Assembly: GCA_020184695.1 (NCBI GenBank)
Contig: JAANOX010000144.1
Location: 1-64,000 of the forward strand
Direction: 5' to 3'
DNA from: Histomonas meleagridis 2922-C6/04-290x
Taxonomy: Eukaryota; Protista; Parabasalia
Length of the DNA: 64,000 nt
The notes under the pieces are model-generated. The model was not told the origin of the DNA and searched no databases. It worked only from the letters and a program-made list of their open reading frames with translations. Both the position numbers and the translations under genes were made by a program. Positions 12,701 to 22,036 of the stretch are shown one piece after another (position 1 is the stretch's first letter; the number at the start of each line of letters is the position of its first letter).

Positions 12701-15679
12701 AATTTACAAAACAAATTAATGAATAATTATATATTAATAGTCCAATTATTTTGTTCGTTATCTATAGCTAAGTTTGATCCTGGTATTAATTTATCATTTC
12801 ATAATTATCAACCATTCTTATGTTTCATTGAAGGATCTTTTAATATAAATCATCGCCAAAAGATTTTATCATTTTTACAAAAGATTAATAATAAAAAAGA
12901 TATTAATACTACTAAAGCAATACTCGAATTAATATCATGTGCACCGATTTTTGATCAAAAATGTGTTTTTACTGATGAGTTAAAAGAATTATGTATTAAG
13001 AATAATCGATTACATTATATCTTATTAAATCATCCATTTTTATTCGACTCATTTGTTAAAGAATCATTTTTAGGTCATCATGAATATTTTAAAGCAATTT
13101 GTAACTTATATATTAATTTGGATCAAATTTATAACTTCGATCAAGTTAATATAACTAAAGAATTCGTTTTAACTGAAGATGATAAAAAAGTTAATATCGA
13201 GACATTTAAGAAAAGAGGATTTTTATTCATGTTATCATTTTATTATTTAAATTCGAATGATCAAGAAATTCGAAGTTTATCATATGTATTATTACATCGA
13301 TTATGTTGTGTATTTACGACTTTAATTGAGCCAAATAATTTAATATCGATTTCGATCTTAAATGAAATGTTTTCATCTAATAAAAATGATTTTATGTCCA
13401 AAACATTTTCACCTACCAATGAAATTATATCGAAATTAATACATGAAATCACTATAAATTTACCATTTATCATTGATTCATTATTCGAAACATTAATTTG
13501 GTTAATCGAGAATTTGTCATCAATTGAAATCGAAAAGAATTTAATAATATTAACTTATATCGGTCAACATATTAATATAACTAAATATAACATAAATACG
13601 ATTTCACATTTGTTGTCATTGTTCGATAAATTATCCATAAAAAGTCAATCTTTCTTCGGTACATTTTTTGTCGAATTATCAAAAAATAAATCGAACTTCG
13701 ATTACTTATTAAATTCATTGTTTTTCTACGCAGAAAAATATAAAGATGCTTGTAAGACAATATTGTTCTTCTTATCAAAGGAGTATTCTTCAATATTTAT
13801 ACTTCGTTTGATACAACCAATGCAATTCTCGTTTTGGGTTTATCATGAATTATATATGAAAATTAATAACCCGAATTATGTCGTGCCTATTTCTTCTGTT
13901 TCATGTATTCTTTCAGTAATTAATGAATTAATATCTTCACAATTTAATTCAATTATCCCATTCTTGCATATAATTTTAAATTATTCATTGATTTATGTTG
14001 ATGATGAAGAATTTCCGCATTATTTAACCATTCACAAAATTGTATTAAACCTCTCAAATCAATTGAAAATTCCATTAAAACTGAACGATAAGTCGAAATT
14101 TACTTTTTCTGAAGTTTACGTTGACAAAATTTCAATTTCCATTTTGACAAAAATGTTTTCAAATTCATTAAATAAAATTTCTTCTGAATTAAATGATAAA
14201 TGGGCTTCAATTGCATTAAATTGGTTAACACAATGTGGTGATTTGAAATTAGCTACTAAGAGTGGTTATATCTTATCTTCTATTCCGTTATTACATTTTT
14301 ATGGTATGGAAATTCCTTCGATAATGCATTCGTTGTATTCAATTATTTCGAATAATCGTTTGGATCAATCTGATGAAATTGTATCAGGTTATACAAATAT
14401 TTCTTTGATTTGTATTCTTAAGTTTACAAAAACTGAAGAAATTAAACAGCTCATTCAATTTAGATTAAGTAACTTCATTTTTCAGTTCACATTTCCTTTC
14501 CTTTATTTACATTATAAAAACGATGGAGCTACAAAAATCGCACTTGATATAATTAATGCTTTAATTCCTTATAATGCTATACATAATGATTTAAGGATTC
14601 AAGATCATTTTAAGGTTATTGCTAGATTACTTAGTTTTAAGAAGAATCCTTTACAAGCAATGAAATTATTAGGTTCAATAGCTAAATATTTCTCACCAAC
14701 TGATAACATTGAGACCAAAATTTTAGCCATTTGTTTACTTATCCCAAATATGTTTGCATCACTTTGTGTTTATCATATGCTTGATCCATATTCATCTTCA
14801 TTTGATGAAGAAGTCATGGGCTATGCCTTAAACTTAGGTAAGAAGCTAGGCGATGTTGATTTTGGTTCTGATTCTGAAATCCAAAAAATATTTTCCAATA
14901 CATTCAACAATCTTAACTCAACACAACCATCTGATTTTCTTGATTCTCTTTCCAAAGTCCTTTGCCACAAGTATCCACAGCTAATACTCAAATGTGGCGA
15001 ATTATATGTTGGCATACTTTCGGATGAAATTGAGGCCAACTATACCTCTGTCTTTTCCGTTGTCATTGCCTTCTTTCATTACCATGATCATAATTCCATA
15101 CTTTCGTCCTACAATGACATCATTCGGTTTGCATGTAAAATTGGTACTATTCATTCGTACAACTTATTATATGTCATAGGTAATGTCACCAATGACAAAA
15201 GCGACGAACGAATTCAAGCAATTCCTCCTCCATATGAGCTTAAGGACGAAGTTATTCCGATTCAAGAAATCACGACGCGGATCGAAAACGTCATCAAAAC
15301 GATACCCGCGCAGACGCTCGCGCAAGGAGAAGTGGACCTAGAGAACGACGGGTCGATAATACCAATGTACCCACTGCTCAACGACGCGTACGAAGACTTG
15401 GACGAGAACAGACAGCTGATAAAGAACTTGATCATTCAGCCGTACGAAGCGGAGAACGAAAACTGGAACAAGATAAAGGATATCGACGAGAAGAGCGAAG
15501 AGATTGTGATAAAGGAGCAAAGCGAATTCGACTTCTACGCACACGCTGCGGTCGGAGGTCTAAAGGCGCTGAGGAAAAAGGACGAAGCAAACGCGGGAAT
15601 AGTAGACGAGTTCCCACCAGAGTACTTCGTGGTACACTTGAACGAGTACGCGCAGTATAAAAGAAGAATTGGTTACTGA
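9794..15679 (+). CDS. Large HEAT/ARM-solenoid protein, Furry/Tao3/Mor2-like
   Basis: 1961-aa open frame. WASIALNWLTQCGDLKLATKSGYIL resembles the Furry-family W..IAL.WA..C..RH.A.RS.QIF motif. Confidence 0.55.
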   Translation: MGESKALGIYNNFIPTMIDQLSNLFCNSLTELVTKSTAKEARLSSNFPQYNDNYVYQINKIVQMSVPSPYDAIESLIPLLPFASNHSFYDQFFLKIVVSNRDNQIYNSFAKVCACNLFGDIVSQVLTLIKGKYSNPLLLQTIVLLLDANLEVTDPKYSTFFSNQWLKISKQFSVIISLLSINDFSTIHQIFTTKMSQKNPPNISLIGNFFRYLRIDDTSKVNKCISLYFQAISNSKKKPHIKSLLCSLKYLIFQLEDSNEFEKSKEFQNICKHIKGSDCKNIVNEIKAILLGKHKNLTVDEVKHFISKIFESNKMKTQTKLKCFLYIIRGGKFDADSMFWRFGSFNHRKDITKEFTMLLNINSEEIVKIYFNYMNKIEVNNKTIPLISSILLNFASRKISSLFNIIHEYTNYNELEQIFPLLIMLNNIINPNLNFIDNILKNNTEITQKKLQDDIHTILTLIKPTLITIFNKIQFEPIKYAFSTSPLYINKCPNKLIPIYNIENDDFLLQLINNLKISDQKMNEKLKEFNLTFKRINLETSKNLNIEPTLKDKSLINLICLIIEIVTDLELETIILPKLINSCYSSSQCISNFSLYVFQFIYIKKEHFRIQIIKLIIKTIYEITKAENVFVLLYLLYHLLMLQILPIKYGDFKSFTDFVNEIQALLIFTIESPYLEIRKLTLLIIDRFQEICYQNKYGITIFSEIESHKNIILLRIKSHFPSNKNDLPFFTFNDICCCSCHKLFNMYFIEVLNILSQISFKETCKILLDINLDKFKYMPNENNNIDFNKTLHWITLIIMHCGLQFPPIERNQRMIEEIPKLSKSNLYKDYSDIKFNTLNSKLELDIKFIQNNLVPILSLYLNKESKEKTWAKQVLYTFLDCTSISSSVIFFEYLSQKIKTIIEYPTKVKILESLLQISKILLYMIKLPNFQLMICYSCRIVNDMKNILHYFETYSTQNNDKQKNINVLNNLQNKLMNNYILIVQLFCSLSIAKFDPGINLSFHNYQPFLCFIEGSFNINHRQKILSFLQKINNKKDINTTKAILELISCAPIFDQKCVFTDELKELCIKNNRLHYILLNHPFLFDSFVKESFLGHHEYFKAICNLYINLDQIYNFDQVNITKEFVLTEDDKKVNIETFKKRGFLFMLSFYYLNSNDQEIRSLSYVLLHRLCCVFTTLIEPNNLISISILNEMFSSNKNDFMSKTFSPTNEIISKLIHEITINLPFIIDSLFETLIWLIENLSSIEIEKNLIILTYIGQHINITKYNINTISHLLSLFDKLSIKSQSFFGTFFVELSKNKSNFDYLLNSLFFYAEKYKDACKTILFFLSKEYSSIFILRLIQPMQFSFWVYHELYMKINNPNYVVPISSVSCILSVINELISSQFNSIIPFLHIILNYSLIYVDDEEFPHYLTIHKIVLNLSNQLKIPLKLNDKSKFTFSEVYVDKISISILTKMFSNSLNKISSELNDKWASIALNWLTQCGDLKLATKSGYILSSIPLLHFYGMEIPSIMHSLYSIISNNRLDQSDEIVSGYTNISLICILKFTKTEEIKQLIQFRLSNFIFQFTFPFLYLHYKNDGATKIALDIINALIPYNAIHNDLRIQDHFKVIARLLSFKKNPLQAMKLLGSIAKYFSPTDNIETKILAICLLIPNMFASLCVYHMLDPYSSSFDEEVMGYALNLGKKLGDVDFGSDSEIQKIFSNTFNNLNSTQPSDFLDSLSKVLCHKYPQLILKCGELYVGILSDEIEANYTSVFSVVIAFFHYHDHNSILSSYNDIIRFACKIGTIHSYNLLYVIGNVTNDKSDERIQAIPPPYELKDEVIPIQEITTRIENVIKTIPAQTLAQGEVDLENDGSIIPMYPLLNDAYEDLDENRQLIKNLIIQPYEAENENWNKIKDIDEKSEEIVIKEQSEFDFYAHAAVGGLKALRKKDEANAGIVDEFPPEYFVVHLNEYAQYKRRIGY

Positions 15680-16010
15680 AATGAAATAAAAATGTTCGAT
15701 GAAAATGTTTTTGAAGCTTTGAAGATAAATGTTGAAGTATCGGAAGGAATTGTTAATGTGAAATTAAATTATAAAAGAAGAATTGGTTAATGAAATGAAA
15801 TAAAAATGTTCGATGAAAATGTTTTTGAAGCTTTGAAGATAAATGTTGAAGTATCGGAAGGAATTGTTAATGTGAAATTAAATTATAAAAGAAGAATTGG
15901 TTAATGAAATGAAATAAAAAAATGTTCGATGAAAATGTTTTTTAAAACTTTGATAAATGTTAAAGAATGTGAAATTTCTATTTAAATTATAAAAGAAGAA
16001 TTGAATAATG
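15656..16010 (+). repeat. 114-bp tandem repeat that includes the last codons, stop and 3' UTR of the upstream gene
   Basis: TATAAAAGAAGAATTG starts at 15656, 15770, 15884 and 15988. Copies 1 and 2 are almost identical, copy 3 is degenerate, copy 4 is partial. Confidence 0.92.
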
Positions 16011-16530
16011 ATTTTGAAATAAATTATACCAATTGAGATTATGTTCAGTAACATGAAATTTTGTTGAGTGATTGAAACATTGGTATGCCTCTCAAGGGAT
16101 ATTATTCATTTATTCATCAAAGGACAATAATTTTTCTACTTTTTTCCATTATATGTCTTAAATTAATAAAAAAAAAAATCATGTTAATAAAGTTTTATGT
16201 AAAATAGTAAAATGGTTGAATGTTAAAAGTAATACTATGAAATTCCAATACTATATAAATCCTTTTTTTACTTGAATACTGCACAAATGTTTGACCAAAA
16301 ATTTATGAAATTTATTCAATTTAATTTACAATAAACAACTTGTGTTATATCATAAATTGAGAAATTTTTGAATGAAGTGTGTGACTATTTTTTTAAAGTT
16401 TTTTAAAAAGACCGTAATGTTTTTCTATAATTTATATTTTATCCTAATTGAGAAGCGTTATTCAAATTTGTTTTACGAAAATTAAATAAATTTGACTAAA
16501 TGATTTAGAATGATATATCATTCTTAAATT

Positions 16531-18447
16531 ATGAAAGAGATAGCAAGAATACTATCATTATATTTTTATACATTTATTTCAGTTATCCTATTCGTTATCC
16601 TCTTTAGTGTTAAACTACCATCAAAGATTACAATACCTGTTTCAAAAACATATGAAAAATGGGATACAAATTCAGATCCTATTTGGGTTGCACATATTAC
16701 AGACTTACATTTAAATGATATATATCCAATAGAAAATAATAGAACAATACATTTAGTGAAATATATTTCAAAAGTTTTAAAGCCCACATATACTTTATTC
16801 GGTGGTGATTTAGTTGATAATTGTCTTGGTAAAAAAATGCCTCTTGAAGTTAGACAAAAAATAAATGATTGGCATCAATATCATAAAATGATAAATGAAT
16901 CTGGGTTAGATAAGGATTCATATGTAGAAGTAATAGGAAATCATGATCTATTTGGAGTTCTTGATGTTACTGATTCAACACCAGCTTTTGAATATACAAA
17001 TGTTAAAAAATCAGATTTTAATGTTTTTAGTAGGAATAAAAGTGGAATCAATGTTATTTCATGGAATCCTGCAAATCCTCCTTTTGGTCCAGCTGTAGTA
17101 GGTTATGTAAGAACAGTTAAAGGTAACATGCTTGACTTACTTGAAGAAGAACTTAAAAAAGTAGATCAAAATGCCAGTGCAACTTTTGTTTTATCTCATT
17201 TCAATTCCCCATTAGTATTATCTCTTGGTAAATCAAAAACAAAACTTAACCATCATGAAATCATGGAAAAATATAATGTAACTGCATTTTTGGTTGGTCA
17301 TTCACATCCTAAACAAATCGAAACAAAACATTATCGTCCAAATCTTTTAGAAATTACTTCAAGTGCTTCCTTAGATTTTGGTGTATTTACATTGATTTTA
17401 GTCGACCAAAAACACCTCTCTATACATAGAGTGGATGGCTCAATACCAGAGCCTGCATTTGTAACATTTCCAACACCAAGTCAATATGAAAACAATATAC
17501 CAAAAGAAGGAAATTATCAAATAAGAGTTTTATCATTTTCAAATTCAACAACAAAAAATTTCACAGTTTCTGGTGATTTCAATTGTACTTTAAAATACAC
17601 CAGAGATGTAAAAAATGCAAAATTATATTCATGTGATATAAACTTTACTAAAGGAGATCATACAATTTTTATTCGAGGAGATTTAGAAACAGAAATTCAT
17701 TTTACGATCGGAAAAGATTTTGGTCCATTTAAAGAAAAAGTTTCCACTGATTTTGTAGTTAATGCATTTCTTGTAGCATTTTTGATATGCGCAATAAAAG
17801 AATTTATGGTATTATATGGACTTATTACTCCTATGTCAATAAATACTTTGTTCTTTCATGCTGAAAAATGGCTCAAAGATCATGAAGAAGGAAATTATTA
17901 TTGGGCTGTTTGTATTGGATTGGGTCCTGTCTTAACAGGCTATAGATTAAAGCATTTACCAATATGGGTACAAATTATGATTGGAATATTTATCATATGG
18001 ACATTTTGTCTTCCATATTCATTTTTCTATGTTGAAAGAAAAATTTCTTTTGTTTGGTTATATGGAATTGTTGCCAATAACAAATTTAATTTCGATATCT
18101 TTTGTATAATGTTTGCTATTTTATATTTATATGGACCAATGAATATAATTGAAGCTGCTTTTTCAATGTTATATGATCCTATTCATCTTCCTATAATCTT
18201 TAATTTATTGATTTTAATTGCTTTTTATATTGTGGCTATTTGGTTTTGGATATTATATGGTTCAACATTTGATTTTATTTTAAGATTTTTCTCGTTCCCA
18301 TTTACAATAATTCCTTTGATCGCAATAATAGTACATATTGTGTTAAGACTCCATATAATGAATATACTTTTCCAAGATGTAGAATTTTTAGAAGGGCATA
18401 ACTTGATTAATGATTCTGATGATGAAACATCGGAATTAACTATATAA
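16531..18447 (+). CDS. TMEM62-like calcineurin-like metallophosphoesterase with C-terminal transmembrane helices
   Basis: Motifs TDLH, GDLVD, GNHD, SHF, GHSH; N-terminal anchor; several hydrophobic C-terminal segments. Confidence 0.85.
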   Translation: MKEIARILSLYFYTFISVILFVILFSVKLPSKITIPVSKTYEKWDTNSDPIWVAHITDLHLNDIYPIENNRTIHLVKYISKVLKPTYTLFGGDLVDNCLGKKMPLEVRQKINDWHQYHKMINESGLDKDSYVEVIGNHDLFGVLDVTDSTPAFEYTNVKKSDFNVFSRNKSGINVISWNPANPPFGPAVVGYVRTVKGNMLDLLEEELKKVDQNASATFVLSHFNSPLVLSLGKSKTKLNHHEIMEKYNVTAFLVGHSHPKQIETKHYRPNLLEITSSASLDFGVFTLILVDQKHLSIHRVDGSIPEPAFVTFPTPSQYENNIPKEGNYQIRVLSFSNSTTKNFTVSGDFNCTLKYTRDVKNAKLYSCDINFTKGDHTIFIRGDLETEIHFTIGKDFGPFKEKVSTDFVVNAFLVAFLICAIKEFMVLYGLITPMSINTLFFHAEKWLKDHEEGNYYWAVCIGLGPVLTGYRLKHLPIWVQIMIGIFIIWTFCLPYSFFYVERKISFVWLYGIVANNKFNFDIFCIMFAILYLYGPMNIIEAAFSMLYDPIHLPIIFNLLILIAFYIVAIWFWILYGSTFDFILRFFSFPFTIIPLIAIIVHIVLRLHIMNILFQDVEFLEGHNLINDSDDETSELTI

Positions 18448-18620
18448 GTTTATTTAATATATAACTTGCTTTCCATTCTTTTTTATTATGAATAATTTGA
18501 TATTAATTAATAAACATATAAAAATATTTTTGTTTTGATAATAAATGAAATTATTAATAAATAATAACATTTATTTTATATAATAAAACAAAAAAATTAT
18601 TTACAAAATTAAATTCATAT

Positions 18621-20801
18621 TCAGTGCCTTCTTCGGCTGCAATGATGATGATGTCGCCTATGCACTTTATGTTCTTTTTTCGCAGGTTCTTTTATATTTT
18701 CTTTTGAACGCCAAAAGTATTCTCTCGTTTGAAAGTTACGTCGCTCGCCAATATCAATGTCATCGCCACTGTAATCATATGAACTGTTGGAATCAAACTC
18801 ATTAGAAACGATTGAAGTTATTGGATTAACTTTTCGTGCTTCTTCACCGTAACTATCAGAGTCAGAGCGAAAACGTTTTTGATTATTTACATCATTATAT
18901 GTTATGTTTCTTTGCGTTGGCGAAGGCTTTTTATTTTTCATTTCTTCACCATAACTATCAGAGTCAGAGCGAAAGCGCATTTGGTTATTCGCATTATAAT
19001 TTCCATTTCTTTGTCCTGGAGAAGATTTATCATTGTTATTGCTTCTAATTTCTTCTCCGTAACTATCAGAGTCAGAGCGAAAGCGCTTTTGGTTATTCGC
19101 ATTATAATTTCCATTTCTTTGTCCTGGAGAAGATTTATCATTGTTATTACTTCTAATTTCTTCTCCGTAACTATCAGAGTCAGAGCGAAAACGCTTTTGT
19201 TCATTAGCGCTATAATTTGTGTTTTGCGCTGTTGCATACGGCTTGTTTCGAATTTCTTCTTCATAACTATCGGAATCAGAGCGAAAACGCCTTTGTTCGT
19301 TTGCATTATATTTCATACTTCTTTGTTCTGTTGCATGTGCATTGTTTCGAATTTCTTCTTCATAACTATCGGAATCAGAGCGAAATCTTCTTTGCTTACT
19401 TTCATCATATTTCATATTTTTTTGTTCTGGTGAATATTTCCTATTTTCTCTATCATAGTCATCGGAATCTGATTTAAAGCGCCTTTGTTCTCCAATATTA
19501 TAATTTACATTTTGCGCTGCTGAAGGTTTTCTTCTGCTTTGTTTGTGTTTTGATTTTTTATTTTTAGATTTTTTGCTTTTTCTTGAGCGATGAGAAATGT
19601 CTTCGCTATCACTATCGGCTTCAGAGCGATTTCTTCTGCTTCGTTTGTGCTTATGTTTACTCTTTGAGCTTCTGTTTTTAAAGCGTTGCGAAACATCGTC
19701 GCTGTAACTATCAGATTCACTGACATATTTACTTTCATTTATACGATAATCAGCTTGTTTATTGTAGTTTTCTGATTGTAAATTTTTCTGCTTTCTAATG
19801 TCATAATCAAACTTTTGATCTTCGTCACTATAACTCTCTGATTCATTTTCAGATTGCGAATGATATTTTTCTTTGCCTTTATTATTGTCATTGTCCAAAT
19901 CAATTTTAATTTGTTTTCTTTCGTTGAGTTTATAATTTGTGAATATGTTTTGAGGTTTTATACTTGGAAATGTTTGCTGCGTCTTTTGCTGTGGAATATT
20001 TTTGTTTGCGTTAATTTGAATTTGTTTAACATTTGCACCGTCATCTGACAGATTGGATTCGAAATAATTCGAAGTTTTATCGATTTCTGATGTTTGCTGT
20101 GGTCTGTCTTCTTCACTATAGCTATCAGAGTAAGAACTACGAACATGTTTTTGTTCGGAGTTATCGCGACTTCGATGCTTATGATGATGTTTATGATGTT
20201 TGTGATGCGATCTCCGATGGTGACGTGGAGGGGACCTCGGAGGAGATGGTGATCTGAGAAAATTTGTGGTGGGGGATGGCTTGGAATAATTAAATTCATC
20301 CCTATGTATAAAAGAATTGTCTGATGGTAAATATGAATTGATTGGATATGGGTTTGGAAGTGGAGGTGGATCATGGTATGATTTTGGATATGGATTTTGG
20401 TATGGAGATAGGTTTTGTTGAAATGAAATTCTTGTATTTGCTAAAAAATTTGGAGGTTCTCTAATTTCTTTGTACTTGGCATCAATAAGCAATCCCCACA
20501 GATTTGAAACAAAATTTGATGTGTTTTCTTTTAAATATACATTGAGAGTTTCATATATTTTGCTGTAACTGACTTCATTTCCTTTCATTTGGCCAAGAAT
20601 AATTCGTGGAAGGAAGTTTTTGTCGGTATATTTTTTTAATTCATTAGTTATCCAAGGCAAAAATTCTTCAACATTAATATCTTCAATATTTAAAATATCT
20701 GTATTATTCAGTGAAGAATTGGTACGAAAATTTGGATTTGTCCCCATCCCCCATTGATTGCGCTGTGCTGTAAAGTTATTATAAAAATTATTTCTCATCA
20801 C
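18621..20801 (-). CDS. PWI-domain protein (SRRM1/SRm160-like) with Arg/Ser/Asp low-complexity repeats
   Basis: FLPWITNELKKY...F....L..YLKENTSNFVSNLWGLLIDA is PWI-like; RSPSPPRSPPR and His tracts; repeated RRFRSDSDSY. Confidence 0.8.
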   Translation of the reverse strand: MMRNNFYNNFTAQRNQWGMGTNPNFRTNSSLNNTDILNIEDINVEEFLPWITNELKKYTDKNFLPRIILGQMKGNEVSYSKIYETLNVYLKENTSNFVSNLWGLLIDAKYKEIREPPNFLANTRISFQQNLSPYQNPYPKSYHDPPPLPNPYPINSYLPSDNSFIHRDEFNYSKPSPTTNFLRSPSPPRSPPRHHRRSHHKHHKHHHKHRSRDNSEQKHVRSSYSDSYSEEDRPQQTSEIDKTSNYFESNLSDDGANVKQIQINANKNIPQQKTQQTFPSIKPQNIFTNYKLNERKQIKIDLDNDNNKGKEKYHSQSENESESYSDEDQKFDYDIRKQKNLQSENYNKQADYRINESKYVSESDSYSDDVSQRFKNRSSKSKHKHKRSRRNRSEADSDSEDISHRSRKSKKSKNKKSKHKQSRRKPSAAQNVNYNIGEQRRFKSDSDDYDRENRKYSPEQKNMKYDESKQRRFRSDSDSYEEEIRNNAHATEQRSMKYNANEQRRFRSDSDSYEEEIRNKPYATAQNTNYSANEQKRFRSDSDSYGEEIRSNNNDKSSPGQRNGNYNANNQKRFRSDSDSYGEEIRSNNNDKSSPGQRNGNYNANNQMRFRSDSDSYGEEMKNKKPSPTQRNITYNDVNNQKRFRSDSDSYGEEARKVNPITSIVSNEFDSNSSYDYSGDDIDIGERRNFQTREYFWRSKENIKEPAKKEHKVHRRHHHHCSRRRH
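18850..19480 (-). repeat. Coding tandem repeat (KRFRSDSDSYGEEIR...), including a near-perfect 108-bp (36-aa) duplication
   Basis: TAACTATCAGAGTCAGAGCGAAA at 18952, 19060 and 19168, with further degenerate copies. Confidence 0.9.
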
Positions 20802-21150
20802 TTGGTTGGGGCTTACCTCAAAAAAACGTTATAATTTGTTATTACAAAAATTCGTTTATGTTTTTTGTAAACGGATTACTCTGCAGCTCCTTTATTTTTT
20901 CATAATTTTACTTTGTTGGTGCTAAGAAACATAAAATTGGAAATATCTTTGCTAACTAACATGATTTCATATAAAAAATTTCGAGATTAAGCTTTATTAG
21001 CTAATTAGTTCTTTTGATTCTGCTTACAATAAAAAGTATTAAAGTACTTGAATGGATACCCAATGTTTCTTTCTTTAAGAAATCAAAAGTTGAATTTAAA
21101 CTCAAATAATTTAAAAATATTGGCTTACTTTAAATGTTTTATTTATATAA

Positions 21151-21543
21151 TCATATTTTAACAAGAGAATTATCTTCTTTAAAGTCATTTGCAAATGGAT
21201 CTTCTTCAATATTAGTTTGTAGATATTCTATTGAAAAGTTATTTTGATCTGTCTCTTTTTCATTAAAAATATTTGTTTCTTCTTCACTGGATTTTTTCTT
21301 ATTTCGAATGCGTATTAATAAAACAAGTAAAGAAATAATAATTATTATTCCTATTAAAACACCTATAATAATATAAATATATGTTTTTTCACTGATTTTT
21401 GGAATATGTTGATCAAAAATAACATAAAATTTTGAATAAAATGAATAGTAATCCGAATAAATAACAATAGTATAATCATAATAAATTAATATTGTGTTTA
21501 TATATGTAAAAGATGAATTTGCTATTGTAAAAATAAATGATTT
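21151..21543 (-). pseudogene. Orphan C-terminal fragment of a BspA-type surface protein (linker, TM helix, cytoplasmic tail), no start codon
   Basis: The open frame, absent from the ORF track, reads ...YSFYSKFYVIFDQHIPKISEKTYIYIIIGVLIGIIIIISLLVLLIRIRNKKK...EEDPFANDFKED. It parallels 44345-44687 (YSFYSNFF...IGIICGAVVAVLLILGIII). Confidence 0.7.
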
Positions 21544-22036
21544 TTAATTATTCGGTTATTATATTTTCCCGAAACACCTTTTCTTTTATTTAAAAATAAT
21601 TGATAAAAAGAAAAATATAATTTAGAAATTATTAGTAATAAATTAAAAGGAAATAAAAAGTATAAAATGAAAGTCAATATACATTTGCCAAAATAATTGA
21701 AATAAATTCTTAATTTTTTTAGAAAATTAAAACAATGAAGTACGCAATTATTGTAAAAGTTATGAGTAATAAGTATATAATTTTTCAATATTGTATTAAT
21801 TGTTAAGTAAATAGAATGAGAATATTTGGAATTTTTGTTCAAATCAAAATTTTTTAATAATTTGTCAAAATTTATTAAATAATTGGTTTCACAACTAATA
21901 AACAAAATAACACAAATTTTATTGCATTTTAACAAAAATATCTATTATATATATCGAAATAAACAAGAAAATATGATCAAGCATATCATGTACAAAAAAT
22001 TCCTAAAAAAAAAAAAAATAAAAAAACAATTTATTT

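Noticed and set aside
18836-20374. Overlapping or antisense ORFs over the PWI repeat region (and similar shadows over RPS8, the MAPK, the arginase and the Furry-like tail)
   Set aside because: They are by-products of repetitive or biased codons in the real genes and carry no independent motifs.
21522-21935. 137-aa ORF
   Set aside because: Low-complexity AT-rich translation (I/L/F/N/K) with no domain, probably not a real gene.
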